The position numbers and the translations under genes are program-made. From the IMG/VR virus record IMGVR_UViG_3300037882_002241, positions 3,803 through 67,802 of that record: DNA of 64,000 nucleotides; one strand, written 5' to 3'. Below the pieces are notes generated by a model. It was not told the DNA's origin. It ran no database searches and was given only the letters and a program-made list of their open reading frames with translations. Below are positions 26,192 through 36,649 of the stretch, in pieces. Position 1 is the stretch's first letter; each line of letters begins with the position of its first letter. The DNA comes from a virus.

Positions 26192-26611
26192 TTAGTTTTC
26201 TCTTGTGGTTGGTTGTTTTTGTGTTAGCAAGTTAATCTTGCTAGAAAGAACATTTTGAACACCGTCAATTCGTTCTATACGTTGATTAAATTCAACTTTT
26301 TGCTGTTCTTGTGTTTTTTTTATTTCAGAAATTTCATTTTTGTTGTCTTGATAACCATTCGTTAATTTTTCAATTGTATCAGAAAGTCTATCCATTTTTT
26401 CATGTGTTTTCCTAGTTTCTAATATACTAGCAGTTTGCAGCTCTTGGTTTCTTATATTAACCTCAAAATATTTTTCAGCAGCCTTGTTATTTAATGACAC
26501 CCAGATAACAAGTGCAATACCAATTAAAACTAGCACAATATTTATGTATTTTTTATCTGCTTTGTTAATTACGTTATTCGCTGTCTCTGAAGCGGCATCT
26601 ATAGGGTTCAT
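26192..26611 (-). CDS. Membrane-anchored coiled-coil protein in lysis region
   Basis: One TM then heptad coiled coil. Confidence 0.6.
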   Translation of the reverse strand: MNPIDAASETANNVINKADKKYINIVLVLIGIALVIWVSLNNKAAEKYFEVNIRNQELQTASILETRKTHEKMDRLSDTIEKLTNGYQDNKNEISEIKKTQEQQKVEFNQRIERIDGVQNVLSSKINLLTQKQPTTREN

Positions 26612-26928
26612 TTAAGATTGTCTTTCTCTAATTTCGCTTTTTCTTCTTGGCATTTACGCGCTTTTTCACGCATATTTGCATAATCTTCAAACGCATTAAG
26701 CATAGCAGTAGCAGGTTTATCGCCACGTGCGCTTAATTCTTCATATTCGGTTAGTAATTCATTCTGCTCTGCTTTTGGTATTTCACGTAAATCAATGCAG
26801 ATTAAATAAGGTTTTTGAACAGTAACAACTTTTTCAGAATTCGCCGTTACGCAACCTGTCACGGTAATCATTATGGCGAGGAGGTTCAACTTCATTAATA
26901 ATTGTTTCAATCTCTTTAACCTTAACAT
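26608..26928 (-). CDS. o-spanin (Rz1-like lipoprotein)
   Basis: Lipobox VTGC, overlaps the 3' end of the upstream i-spanin. Confidence 0.7.
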   Translation of the reverse strand: MLRLKRLKQLLMKLNLLAIMITVTGCVTANSEKVVTVQKPYLICIDLREIPKAEQNELLTEYEELSARGDKPATAMLNAFEDYANMREKARKCQEEKAKLEKDNLK

Positions 26929-27088
26929 TCGTTTTTTGTGATTCTATAACTTCGTCAATCTTGGCTTTATTGTAACCGTCAATCCTAGCTTTATCTAGCT
27001 TTGATTGCTCTTGATATTGACGGATTTGCTCTATTACCCTAGAAAAAAAGGGTAATAGATTGTTAATAAACGTAAAAAACGCTATCAT
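26834..27088 (-). CDS. i-spanin (Rz-like)
   Basis: Hydrophobic N-terminus, helical periplasmic part, between holin and lipoprotein. Confidence 0.6.
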   Translation of the reverse strand: MIAFFTFINNLLPFFSRVIEQIRQYQEQSKLDKARIDGYNKAKIDEVIESQKTNVKVKEIETIINEVEPPRHNDYRDRLRNGEF

Positions 27089-27089
27089 T

Positions 27090-27305
27090 TTAAGAACTTA
27101 AACCTAATGATGTTTTAGCAGTAAATCGACCATATAAGGCTAAAGCACCACCTACAAAAGCAGCTATCGTGTCATATGACTCGTTTAATACAGCAATCTT
27201 TGAAGCATCTAAATCATATCCAAAGAACCCTAATAGAGTTGGTAAAAACATAATAATAACACCCCAAACGGTTTTTGAGGCTAACGGATTTTTTACTTCG
27301 CTCAT
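27090..27305 (-). CDS. Holin
   Basis: SKTVWGVII...GGALALYGRFTAK two-TM pattern. Confidence 0.75.
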   Translation of the reverse strand: MSEVKNPLASKTVWGVIIMFLPTLLGFFGYDLDASKIAVLNESYDTIAAFVGGALALYGRFTAKTSLGLSS

Positions 27306-27568
27306 AGTTAAATTCCTTTGATTTTTTGTGTGGTATAAATAACGCCTTTTTCAACACATTGAACAGTGCCAATAGTTGCTTTATTTACATAACCACCGAA
27401 CGCGTTAACTTTTTTATCTGCAATATTGCCAGCAGAAAGAGCAATAATTAAAATGGCTAAAAATTCCATAATTTACCTCATATTTACCCACTAAGCAGGG
27501 TTTTTGCTATTGACACGATATGTGTAATCTGTTAGATTGTTAATAACATTAAACGGGAGAAAACACAA

Positions 27569-27670
27569 ATGGATTATTTATACATTGGTTTAAGTATTGT
27601 TATCACTGCATTTTTAATAAGCGGCTATTATGCCTTTAAAGATGGTCACAATTATTACAACATGGATTAA
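27569..27670 (+). CDS. 33-aa single-TM peptide on the opposite strand within the lysis cassette
   Basis: MDYLYIGLSIVITAFLISGYYAFKDGHNYYNMD; own TTGACA promoter and GGGAG RBS. Confidence 0.55.
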   Translation: MDYLYIGLSIVITAFLISGYYAFKDGHNYYNMD

Positions 27671-28059
27671 AGCTCAATTTGAATGTGAGGTTTATCCCAT
27701 GCGTTTTTCCAATCACCACCCCACGTGATTTTATGATTTAATTCTTTTGCAGATTCTTTAAAGCAATCAGCTATATGGTAAAAATCTTTAATAGCAAGCC
27801 AATCAGGTAATCCTTCTTTATTCAACGGGCAAAAATCAACCGCATGAGAAAAACCATCTAATTGTTTTAAATGCATGCTTTTTTTCGTTTGAGTAAATCC
27901 TGCGTTGTAAAGCCTTACTTGTTCTGCATATGCACGAACGCCACATGTAATGATAAATTTTACATCTGATTTTTGAGCTGCAAGTTCTGTAATTTTTACT
28001 AAAGACGGGTGAACGCCTTTAAGTTTTAACAGTGAATTTTTATTTAATATAATAGCCAT
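27667..28059 (-). CDS. Endolysin, peptidase M15 (L-Ala-D-Glu peptidase type)
   Basis: LKGVHP, ITCGVR...Q, SMHL...HAVDF, ITWGGDW..WDKPHIQI. Confidence 0.9.
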   Translation of the reverse strand: MAIILNKNSLLKLKGVHPSLVKITELAAQKSDVKFIITCGVRAYAEQVRLYNAGFTQTKKSMHLKQLDGFSHAVDFCPLNKEGLPDWLAIKDFYHIADCFKESAKELNHKITWGGDWKNAWDKPHIQIEL

Positions 28060-28520
28060 TATCTTGTCCATGCTTGAAGTGATAGGTTTATGCCATATGA
28101 GCAATTAGCTGACCATAAGCCATCACCTATCCAGTTATAAGAAAAGTCAAACTCACCATTCTCTAAGGGACACCATGTAGCAATGTTTGAACGCTGCCCG
28201 CCACCTATATGGGATTCAATAGATTGCCCCATATAGTTCGCGTGGTGCATAGTTGATGATGGTGACTTAAAAGAACAAGTAACTTGCCCCTCTTGTGGGT
28301 TCGTGCCATGAGTAATGACTAATAAGCCACAAAGAAAGGCGGATTTTGCATCAGCACTAACACCCAAAGGTTTTAAATCAATCCTATGCCACTGGTTTTG
28401 ACCACCGATATTCGGAGGAATAAAATTAGCGGCGTTCATGCTGTTCATGAATATGGCAATCGGGTGCTTGCTAGACCTCTTATCAGTGTAAATCTCAGTT
28501 GATTTTTGCCAAAAACTCAT
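28059..28520 (-). CDS. Hypothetical (tail-fibre associated) protein
   Basis: Beta-rich 153 aa ORF after fibre genes. Confidence 0.55.
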   Translation of the reverse strand: MSFWQKSTEIYTDKRSSKHPIAIFMNSMNAANFIPPNIGGQNQWHRIDLKPLGVSADAKSAFLCGLLVITHGTNPQEGQVTCSFKSPSSTMHHANYMGQSIESHIGGGQRSNIATWCPLENGEFDFSYNWIGDGLWSANCSYGINLSLQAWTR

Positions 28521-28659
28521 TGTGCTTTTAAATCTTCTTTTGTAAATGAATATACAACCGCGTCAATAACATAATACATACCCGCCATGCAAGCTGTCAC
28601 AGTTATTAATTCACCTGTAATAGGTGATACGATTTTAATTTGTTTAGGATTTACCATAA

Positions 28660-29673
28660 TTAAACCTCGTTCATTGTTAATTTAGCGCTTGTGGTAGCAT
28701 TAAATGTACCTGTTAAATATGTATTAGGTGCATTTACAGCTAAATAGCCACGAATATTTATAACGTCACCAACTGCAAAATCAGCAATATACTCGATTGT
28801 CACAAAATCTACTTGAGAAGCATTAGTTTGGTTAAGCAAAGTTGTTGGGGTAAATTTTAAACCCTGCTCTTTATAAACACCATTAACAAAAACTGTAGTT
28901 GTTGCTGAACCCAAAGAAGCTATTGCACCGCTATCATATGTATGAGTAGTATGGATTTGTGAAAACAAACGATAACGACCTGCTTTTGTGATCGTGATAT
29001 TACCTGCCGTTGGAATAGTAAATATATCATTAGCAACAGTTGTATCATATTTAACTGTTGTGAATGTGCCAGCAACTACGCCCGTTTGGTTAGCGGACAT
29101 CGAAGCACGTGCATAAAGAGGTTTGCGGTTTGTGTCTTGCTTCCAAGTTGCGCCATCATATGTAGCCCATGAAGTTCCTTCAACACCCGAAACAATGCCA
29201 GTTGTTGTGTTATACCATCTATCACCTGCTACAGCTGGCGACGGTGGTGTAGCACTAGCTGTTGATTTTGCAATACCTGTCAATGAAGCCGCATTGCCGA
29301 CAGCTTGCTGTAAAGCATTAGGAGTCCCAGCCCCACTTGCGTTAAGAGCTGAAGCTAACCCAGCAGGTGTAATGGCGCGTGTCGCATCTGTTCCAGCTCC
29401 TGTTTCAGTGGTATCGGCTAATTCAACAATGCCGATTGCAGTCGTTGACGCATTAACGACTGAATCAATATCCCATGTAGTGCCGTTGAATATTTTAAAC
29501 ACTGGGGGCGTTGCACCTGTATCATACCACACTTGACCTAATACAGCAGATAAAGGTGCAGTAGCACTCGATACCGTTGCTGGTGCAACACGAGCTGGAT
29601 TTAGTGTTACTTTGTTACTTGCAATAGTAAAATCAGTTGTTTTTAAATCACTAGGAAATAGTGCAGTAGTCAT
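28660..29673 (-). CDS. Tail fibre protein
   Basis: GQVWYDT...FNGTTW and ASTTAIGIVELA..ET..G.D..RAITPA fibre repeats; C1q/TNF-like C-terminus. Confidence 0.8.
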   Translation of the reverse strand: MTTALFPSDLKTTDFTIASNKVTLNPARVAPATVSSATAPLSAVLGQVWYDTGATPPVFKIFNGTTWDIDSVVNASTTAIGIVELADTTETGAGTDATRAITPAGLASALNASGAGTPNALQQAVGNAASLTGIAKSTASATPPSPAVAGDRWYNTTTGIVSGVEGTSWATYDGATWKQDTNRKPLYARASMSANQTGVVAGTFTTVKYDTTVANDIFTIPTAGNITITKAGRYRLFSQIHTTHTYDSGAIASLGSATTTVFVNGVYKEQGLKFTPTTLLNQTNASQVDFVTIEYIADFAVGDVINIRGYLAVNAPNTYLTGTFNATTSAKLTMNEV

Positions 29674-29693
29674 TGTTTATATCCTTAAAGTTT

Positions 29694-31955
29694 TTAGAAT
29701 GAAGCCCAAACAGAAGCACCATCATTACCCGCAGTATAGCACCGCCAGCCTTCAGTTGTTAATGTAGGTGTGGAGTTTAGAAATACGTCACCAACGGAAG
29801 CCGCTAGTGTAGGAGAAGCCGTTGCAAAACCTCTCATATTCATAGCTGCATTGGTTGTGCCTATAGCAGCACCTGCAATTAAAATAGATCGTTTAGTTGC
29901 TGATGGATAAAGCTCATTTTTATGAATTGCAAAATTAGCACCATCAACACGAATAGATTCTGAAGTTGAAGATGATATTTTTGAGTTTTTAACTGTGCCA
30001 TTACCATTTAAACGCAAGCCATAATTACTTGTGCCAATTCCTGTAGATGAAATTTCAAGACCATCAATCATAGTGTTGGTATAAGCCGCGTTTACATAAA
30101 CGGCGGGGCGTGAATTTGTAGCACTTGCAGCTTTGTAATTGCCCCCAATAAGTTTTAACCCGTCACCAGTCGAAGATGAAAGTGCGAATAAAGCATAATC
30201 AGTTGCATCAATTTGTGCATTGCTAATCAAAACGTCATCAATAACACCGCCAATAGTAACCCCACGTGTTGCACCTCTTAGAATAGGGTTATACATTTTA
30301 ACCCGTCTAATCGTGTCATCACTTGAACCCGATCCGACTAAATACATACTCGACAAGAATGCACCTTCACTTGTAAAGTTGATAAATTCAACGTCCGTCC
30401 ACGCTTGGATTAAAGCGCCGTATGATAAAGTCGAAGGCGAAGCACCAGTCCACCTTGACTTGAAATTTACAATCTTCATGCCGCGACCTGTATTAGCAAC
30501 AGTTGGCGCAGGTGACGTCATAAGAACCGTTAATCCACTTGCACCCTCTTTATCAATATCTACATTTATATTAGTGACGATAAAATTTTCATAAGCATTT
30601 AAAACTGTTGCAGGTTGATTGTTGCGTTTAAATTCTATGCCACCGCCACAACCTCTTATTGTCACATTAGAGATTATAACATCTTGTGCAACCGCTGCAA
30701 AGCAATCAAACCCGTTTTGTTGCTGTGCCGTATCAGGATTTAAAACTCCGCAATCTTCAATAAGCACGTTATTGATAAAGCCCCGCCTTAAAGCAATTCC
30801 ACCTTGTGTTGATGAAAGTTTAACACCTTCATTAATGCCACAACCTCTTGTTCTTAGATTGTTAACCATAAATCCTTCATGCCCACCATTGGCGTTATTC
30901 AATGAGAAACCCCACTGAAATGGCTTGTAAATGTCTAAGTTATTTACGTTTAAATCTTTTGATTGACTGACCCAGCAAGCCTGTTGACCACCTTCTATTC
31001 TTACACGCCCGATATTAACGCCCTCAATAATTCCAGTGGTTTTACCAATGTTTAAGCAACGAACGGGAGTGATATTAACAGCACTTGCAGTAAATGATGA
31101 GGCGTAATCTGCATAAATAACACCTTTGATTGTCACATCTAAAACTGTTGCATAATCGTCAATGACATTTAAAATTGTGTTAGCATTAGTTAAATCTGTA
31201 GTATCAAAATTAGCCAAAACTGAAGATTGACCAACACCTTGCAAGAATACATATTTCTTTAAATTTACTGCTTTAACTTTGTATGTTTTGCCACTTAAAA
31301 GAACAAAGCCACCGCCCTTATTGTTAATATAATCTATTGCAGACTGCAAGGCTAGGCTATCATTCGTTGAATTATCACCAACCGCGCCGAATTGTTCGGG
31401 TCTAACTTCATTCTCATATAATCCCCACCATCTTAAATCAGCACTTTGAACATGCCATGTTTCAATTGGTGAAGGTGCAGCCGTTAAACTTTTATAAGTT
31501 GCGCCGCCTAATTTGTTTAATGCACTATAATCTCGTGTTGTAACGTATTTTACAGAATTTGGTATTGTAGCACCTTGCAAAGCCACATAAGATTCAACTG
31601 TGTAAACCTCATTACGTGTTTCTTGAAATTCTACGTAATTTGAACCATCATAACGGTATTGAATATTTGCGTCTTTTGCAACGTATATAACACCAACGCG
31701 CCCAGTTGCGGGGAAAGAAACAAAATCATTATATTCTTCATATTCGTCAAGAGTTGGTAAAGCAGATTCGATTAACGTAATTCTATTATTTAAACCAGTG
31801 TCAGCATTCGTTCTTGCTAAAATCTCATTATCGAGTGCAGCTTGGCTTGCACCTCCTGTTGCATTTGATATTATTAACGGGTTAATTTTTAGCTTACCAT
31901 TATCTATAACAAAGTTATCAGAATCTAAGTCATTCTCGAATATGGCTTTTAACAT
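29694..31955 (-). CDS. Tail spike / beta-helix depolymerase
   Basis: PEQFGAVGDNSTNDSLALQSAID pectate-lyase-3-like start of a right-handed beta helix. Confidence 0.85.
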   Translation of the reverse strand: MLKAIFENDLDSDNFVIDNGKLKINPLIISNATGGASQAALDNEILARTNADTGLNNRITLIESALPTLDEYEEYNDFVSFPATGRVGVIYVAKDANIQYRYDGSNYVEFQETRNEVYTVESYVALQGATIPNSVKYVTTRDYSALNKLGGATYKSLTAAPSPIETWHVQSADLRWWGLYENEVRPEQFGAVGDNSTNDSLALQSAIDYINNKGGGFVLLSGKTYKVKAVNLKKYVFLQGVGQSSVLANFDTTDLTNANTILNVIDDYATVLDVTIKGVIYADYASSFTASAVNITPVRCLNIGKTTGIIEGVNIGRVRIEGGQQACWVSQSKDLNVNNLDIYKPFQWGFSLNNANGGHEGFMVNNLRTRGCGINEGVKLSSTQGGIALRRGFINNVLIEDCGVLNPDTAQQQNGFDCFAAVAQDVIISNVTIRGCGGGIEFKRNNQPATVLNAYENFIVTNINVDIDKEGASGLTVLMTSPAPTVANTGRGMKIVNFKSRWTGASPSTLSYGALIQAWTDVEFINFTSEGAFLSSMYLVGSGSSDDTIRRVKMYNPILRGATRGVTIGGVIDDVLISNAQIDATDYALFALSSSTGDGLKLIGGNYKAASATNSRPAVYVNAAYTNTMIDGLEISSTGIGTSNYGLRLNGNGTVKNSKISSSTSESIRVDGANFAIHKNELYPSATKRSILIAGAAIGTTNAAMNMRGFATASPTLAASVGDVFLNSTPTLTTEGWRCYTAGNDGASVWASF

Positions 31956-31964
31956 GGAACTTCC

Positions 31965-32462
31965 TTAAAACTTTGTTAATAATTTGAGTTGTGTTGTTCT
32001 TGTGACGTTTATTTTTGTTTTCATGTCACTATCATCTTTAAACGGGCGATTATCAACAATCTTTTGAGCTGTTTTTAAACCCCAATCGGGGAGCATATCT
32101 AATTGTTCAACAGTTGCCGTGTTTATGTTGACCAATAATGAAGGCTCAACGATAACCTTTGAGTTTAATTCAGTTATTTTATCTTTTAGCCTATTTATCT
32201 CATTTTGAACATTAACTATAATCTGTGAAAAATCGTTAACCTTAATCTTTAACGCATCAAATTCTTTTTGATTAACAGTATTTTGGATAGGTATATTTAC
32301 ATTTTGGCTATCAATCAAATTAGAGATATAACCAGCATCTAAACATTCGTTATATGTCAAAGCACGATTGTTCGTCTTAAATATATGGCGTGTTGAAGTT
32401 ATATCATGATTAGATATTTGATAAGATTTACCATCAACAGTTAATTTAAAATTCTTACGCAT
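31965..32462 (-). CDS. Coiled-coil plus ComEA-type helix-hairpin-helix protein
   Basis: VNINTATVEQLDMLPDWGLKTAQKIVDNRPF. Confidence 0.8.
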   Translation of the reverse strand: MRKNFKLTVDGKSYQISNHDITSTRHIFKTNNRALTYNECLDAGYISNLIDSQNVNIPIQNTVNQKEFDALKIKVNDFSQIIVNVQNEINRLKDKITELNSKVIVEPSLLVNINTATVEQLDMLPDWGLKTAQKIVDNRPFKDDSDMKTKINVTRTTQLKLLTKF

Positions 32463-33346
32463 TATAATGGTGTCAATTCTGTGATTGAATAAATCTCGTT
32501 AAATCCGCTTAGTGTATTAAAATTAATAGCAAGACCCAGTGAATAAACTATTGGAGTGCCTATTAATAAACCTGATAAAAACCCACTGTGTGAAGTTGAA
32601 GTCCCAGCAACAGGATTTCCTTGGCTATCTGTCGATGCTGACGTTGATTCCCCCAACGCAGTTACACCATAGCCTGATAATTCTACATAATTGTAAGTAG
32701 TCCCGCTAGGTGGTGTTGTGTTGTCTGACCCTTTAATCATTATTTCAAATAAATTATTTAGAAACATACCTTTTGTAACGTCAGCGATGGCTGCAAACGG
32801 TGCATACGATCCATTGCCTTTTTGCACACCTAACGTTTTAGTTGGCTGACCCAGTGGATAAGCACGACCTTTTATGTTATAAGCAATGCCATTTTTTAAA
32901 CCGTGTATAATGCCATCAACAATAGTTACACCATCGGGCAATGGGTTTGTGTTTGTGTTTGTGTCACCAGCAACTAATTCACCATTGGCATTGCGTGTAA
33001 TGGTTACGTTATCAATCAATGTATTCGCCGCAATAACTCTAGGTAAATCAGCTTGTGTCATAGCAACCCATGCACCAGCTTTATAGACTTTATATTCACC
33101 AGCTACATTAGTGCTTTCACCTTGATTAGTGCCGTTTAAATCTTCCCAAATTTTAGTTAAATCAGTTGGTGCAGAATAGCTGGCAATGTAAAACAGGTTA
33201 GCGTCTTCTAATGACTTTGCAATCATATCACGTAAAGGGTATGAACGGCGTTTTTTAAGTATCGGTGCAACGTTAGCAGATATGCTAGGTTCATATTCTG
33301 AAATGGTTGTTCTTTGCGCTTTAATATTAAGTGTATTGATAGTCAT
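32462..33346 (-). CDS. Putative tail/baseplate-attached structural protein
   Basis: DNVTIT/DGVTI fibre-like motifs; position. Confidence 0.5.
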   Translation of the reverse strand: MTINTLNIKAQRTTISEYEPSISANVAPILKKRRSYPLRDMIAKSLEDANLFYIASYSAPTDLTKIWEDLNGTNQGESTNVAGEYKVYKAGAWVAMTQADLPRVIAANTLIDNVTITRNANGELVAGDTNTNTNPLPDGVTIVDGIIHGLKNGIAYNIKGRAYPLGQPTKTLGVQKGNGSYAPFAAIADVTKGMFLNNLFEIMIKGSDNTTPPSGTTYNYVELSGYGVTALGESTSASTDSQGNPVAGTSTSHSGFLSGLLIGTPIVYSLGLAINFNTLSGFNEIYSITELTPL

Positions 33347-33356
33347 TTTTTATTCC

Positions 33357-34073
33357 TTAAGGTGCAGCGTAAAATGTTAATGATGGTGTAACGCTCAAAT
33401 CAGTAACTTGAACAGTTGCCCATGAATTAGGCGTTAATGAAACGTAACCTCTTACGTTTCCTGCTAAGTCAAGCAATGCTTCTGTTGCATTAATATTTGA
33501 GTTTTGCCACATATGGTAGTGTGTATTATTTGATAAATCAGTAACTTCAATCAACGGCATTAGGTTATATTGTGCCATCGCCATTGCATTAAGATTAGTT
33601 GAAAGAACGGTGCAAGGTGCGCCAGCAGTTGCACCTTTACGGATTATTAGAATAGCGTCATCTGCTAAAGGTAAAGAAGCCGCGCCACCATTAGCAGTAG
33701 GGCATCCGATTTTAGCAATCTCATTCGCTAATTCATCTTTTGAGAAAACTTGGCTTGTTAGATAATCTAAATAACTACCCAAAACGTTATCAGCTAAACC
33801 ATCATTACATGAAGGAATAACCTCTTTAGTTCCAGTAATTTTATTCTTGAAACGTGCTAATGAAGCTATTCCCGAAAATATATTAGATAACAAACTTTGA
33901 ATTTGTGGAATAGTCCACTTAACATCACGATTGCAATCATTGGGCGGATATTGTGGTGGACAGCCCCATTCAACTTTAGTAGCATCTTCAGCTAATGGAT
34001 TATACAAGCCACCTTGAATATTAGCACTTCCTACATTGCCTTGAGTTCCATCTTGTTGACCGAAAAATGACAT
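33357..34073 (-). CDS. Putative tail fibre attachment protein
   Basis: Position after baseplate wedge genes. Confidence 0.45.
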   Translation of the reverse strand: MSFFGQQDGTQGNVGSANIQGGLYNPLAEDATKVEWGCPPQYPPNDCNRDVKWTIPQIQSLLSNIFSGIASLARFKNKITGTKEVIPSCNDGLADNVLGSYLDYLTSQVFSKDELANEIAKIGCPTANGGAASLPLADDAILIIRKGATAGAPCTVLSTNLNAMAMAQYNLMPLIEVTDLSNNTHYHMWQNSNINATEALLDLAGNVRGYVSLTPNSWATVQVTDLSVTPSLTFYAAP

Positions 34074-35023
34074 TATCTTAACTCCATAGGCTGTGAAACA
34101 AGCCAGTATTTTTTAATTAAACAAACAGCTAATGTTTTTAGAGGGTCATAAATATCATTATCACCACAACCTTTTATAACAGCCGTTACTTTTATTTTAG
34201 GCGTATGACCTACTGGCGCACACATTAACAACCCACCATCTTTATTGCACGGGTCTATTGAACATAAGCCAATAGGTGCGGGCATTAATAAATCTGTGTT
34301 TCTTACTAGCTTTAATCTTAAAACCTCTATAGGAGGGCAAGTGCTTTCTGAATATGTATAACCGTCTTGAACAGTCATACATGGTTCAATAAACTTTTTA
34401 GCGGAAACATTATCATTATGCTCATATGTGTAACCAATTCTAGGGTTATCGCACGGAATTTCATTATCAATCATTAATGATAAGCCTAAAAACTGTAATG
34501 CGTTATTCCATTGCACTAGGTTTTGAGCAAAATCATTGCGGGTTATTCTTAAATAAAAACGCAATAGGTTATAATCAGCAGCACGCTGTGATTCATCACT
34601 TAAAAAGCAATTTGTTGTTTCACAAAAACCACAATCTTTAGGCTCGCATTCTATAGCAGATCCGCAAGCTTTATCAATGCCATATTTTTTAAGCCAAAAT
34701 GAAGGTGTTTTGCTTGTTAATGGGTTCATATCCTGCAATGTATTTAATGTTTTTGATAAAACCTCTTGAACATGACGGGTTCTAAATTTAAACCATCTTT
34801 CAAAAAAGCTAGGCTTGCATGGTTCACAATCCGTTATAGGTTCACATATTGCTAGAGGTGCAGCAATAGGCTTTTGTTTATTAATTACCCAAGCCATACC
34901 ATAAGGCAAAAGCTTTTCTAATGAGCAATCTAAACCACACCAATCACACAAATCTCTTGGCTTGCATAATTCTATAGTATCACTTTTACAAACCACTAAA
35001 GCGCCTGTGAAATCAACAGTCAT
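34073..35023 (-). CDS. Baseplate protein (Mu gp48/YmfQ-like position), Cys-rich
   Basis: LLPYGMAW...W..KYG motif; 21 Cys by manual count. Confidence 0.6.
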   Translation of the reverse strand: MTVDFTGALVVCKSDTIELCKPRDLCDWCGLDCSLEKLLPYGMAWVINKQKPIAAPLAICEPITDCEPCKPSFFERWFKFRTRHVQEVLSKTLNTLQDMNPLTSKTPSFWLKKYGIDKACGSAIECEPKDCGFCETTNCFLSDESQRAADYNLLRFYLRITRNDFAQNLVQWNNALQFLGLSLMIDNEIPCDNPRIGYTYEHNDNVSAKKFIEPCMTVQDGYTYSESTCPPIEVLRLKLVRNTDLLMPAPIGLCSIDPCNKDGGLLMCAPVGHTPKIKVTAVIKGCGDNDIYDPLKTLAVCLIKKYWLVSQPMELR

Positions 35024-36119
35024 ACTGTATTTCGCCTAAATATGGCATAACGTCACATTGTGCGGATATATAGCCTTCGTTTTCTTCATAATCAGCAGAA
35101 TTGAATGAATAGGCAACTAACCCGACGCACCCACCGACTGATTTTATAATCGAGGTTATATCAGATTTGCAATAAGTTCCACCAACACATAAAGATGCTA
35201 AATACTCTCTAATCTCAGTAGCAACCATATTGCGTGAAGATGAATTTAAAGAACCCGCACCTTTAACAAAAATGTTAATTGGTGATAATTTAGCAGCCTT
35301 AACTGTTATTTTAGCGCCGAATAATTTTGAGCCATATTGTGTTGAGCCATAATCAATATCAAAAACTTTATTTTGAACATTAGTTAAAAATCTGTCATCG
35401 GGAATATTATTTAAAAACCCTGCTGCAAATACATAAACGTCTAGTTCACCAACGCAACACTGGCATGATGAAACGCAAGCATTAGTTACACTCGGATAAC
35501 GCAAAGCACGCAAAGCATACCACGGCGCAGAACCAACAGGGGAATCTAAACTTTCACCATATAACACACGATTTAAATATTCAGTCTTGCAATCCTCTTC
35601 ATTTACACCACCGTTAGCATAAACTGTTTGGATTAAACTTTGTATATTCTGAATATTAGTATCAAGGTAACCTTGACCATTAACATTGCCACCAGCACCA
35701 GCCTCACTTGCGATAATTGAAACTCGTTCACTGCCTGTTATACCAATTTGTGTAGGGTTATAATCGCCATCAACGTCTATTACAAACGTCTTACCATTTA
35801 CATTTAATGACAAATTTGAAGGAATAGATGTGCCGTTAATTCCGTTAACAATAGCAATGCCTCTTGATTTACCAGCAGCGCGTCTAGGAATACCTAATAA
35901 TGCACCCCTTGCCTCGATTGCCTCACAAGATTCACCTTGACCATCTATTAAACGGCGTGCCATTGCTTCGACTTCGCCTTCTAGCAAGCCTCTTTCCATA
36001 GCTTGCATTCTTGCAAGCTCTAATGTTATAGGGTCATGAGGCGCACCATTTAAAACCATAGCTTTAAAATTAGCTTCACTCTCGCTGATATAAGATTTTA
36101 CGTCACGTGAAAAAAGCAT
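35013..36119 (-). CDS. Baseplate J / Mu gp47-like
   Basis: GIPRRAA..SRG...GTSIP...AGAGGN...GGVNEE...Y. Confidence 0.85.
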   Translation of the reverse strand: MLFSRDVKSYISESEANFKAMVLNGAPHDPITLELARMQAMERGLLEGEVEAMARRLIDGQGESCEAIEARGALLGIPRRAAGKSRGIAIVNGINGTSIPSNLSLNVNGKTFVIDVDGDYNPTQIGITGSERVSIIASEAGAGGNVNGQGYLDTNIQNIQSLIQTVYANGGVNEEDCKTEYLNRVLYGESLDSPVGSAPWYALRALRYPSVTNACVSSCQCCVGELDVYVFAAGFLNNIPDDRFLTNVQNKVFDIDYGSTQYGSKLFGAKITVKAAKLSPINIFVKGAGSLNSSSRNMVATEIREYLASLCVGGTYCKSDITSIIKSVGGCVGLVAYSFNSADYEENEGYISAQCDVMPYLGEIQYDC

Positions 36120-36640
36120 TATTTCGCCCAGTTATAATAAGTGTTGCGTGTATCGCGAGTTAGATTATAGGATTCATCATTTATCATTATGTTTAAATCA
36201 TAATTATAAGCACCAGTCATTTTATATGAGACACTAACATTCAAATCTAAACCTAATGATTTTAACTTTTCTTTTAAATCAGTAGTCAAGGTTGCTATGT
36301 AATCTTTAATTACTTCACGGCTTAACCCTATTTTTTTGTTATTCCACAATGAATTGCCATGCTTTAAAGAAACAAATCCATCACTTGGTGCACCTCTTCT
36401 TACACCATAACCGCAACTTTTATCTTGTGAATCCGAGTTTATTATAGCATAAACAACGTGACGCATCCAGTTTTTCTTAACAAAACCACCATTTACACTA
36501 TCTATACAAGCATCTAATGGATTGCATTTTATTAATTCACCACATTCATTGTAAAACTCACCACACTCTATAGGTTGGAATGAAAACAATACATTTTGTT
36601 GTGGAATATTAGCTATTTGCGGGCAATTATCAATTATCAT
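36119..36640 (-). CDS. Baseplate protein (Mu gp46-like position)
   Basis: RRG..DGF...GNSLW; synteny. Confidence 0.55.
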   Translation of the reverse strand: MIIDNCPQIANIPQQNVLFSFQPIECGEFYNECGELIKCNPLDACIDSVNGGFVKKNWMRHVVYAIINSDSQDKSCGYGVRRGAPSDGFVSLKHGNSLWNNKKIGLSREVIKDYIATLTTDLKEKLKSLGLDLNVSVSYKMTGAYNYDLNIMINDESYNLTRDTRNTYYNWAK

Positions 36641-36649
36641 TTTTTGCCC

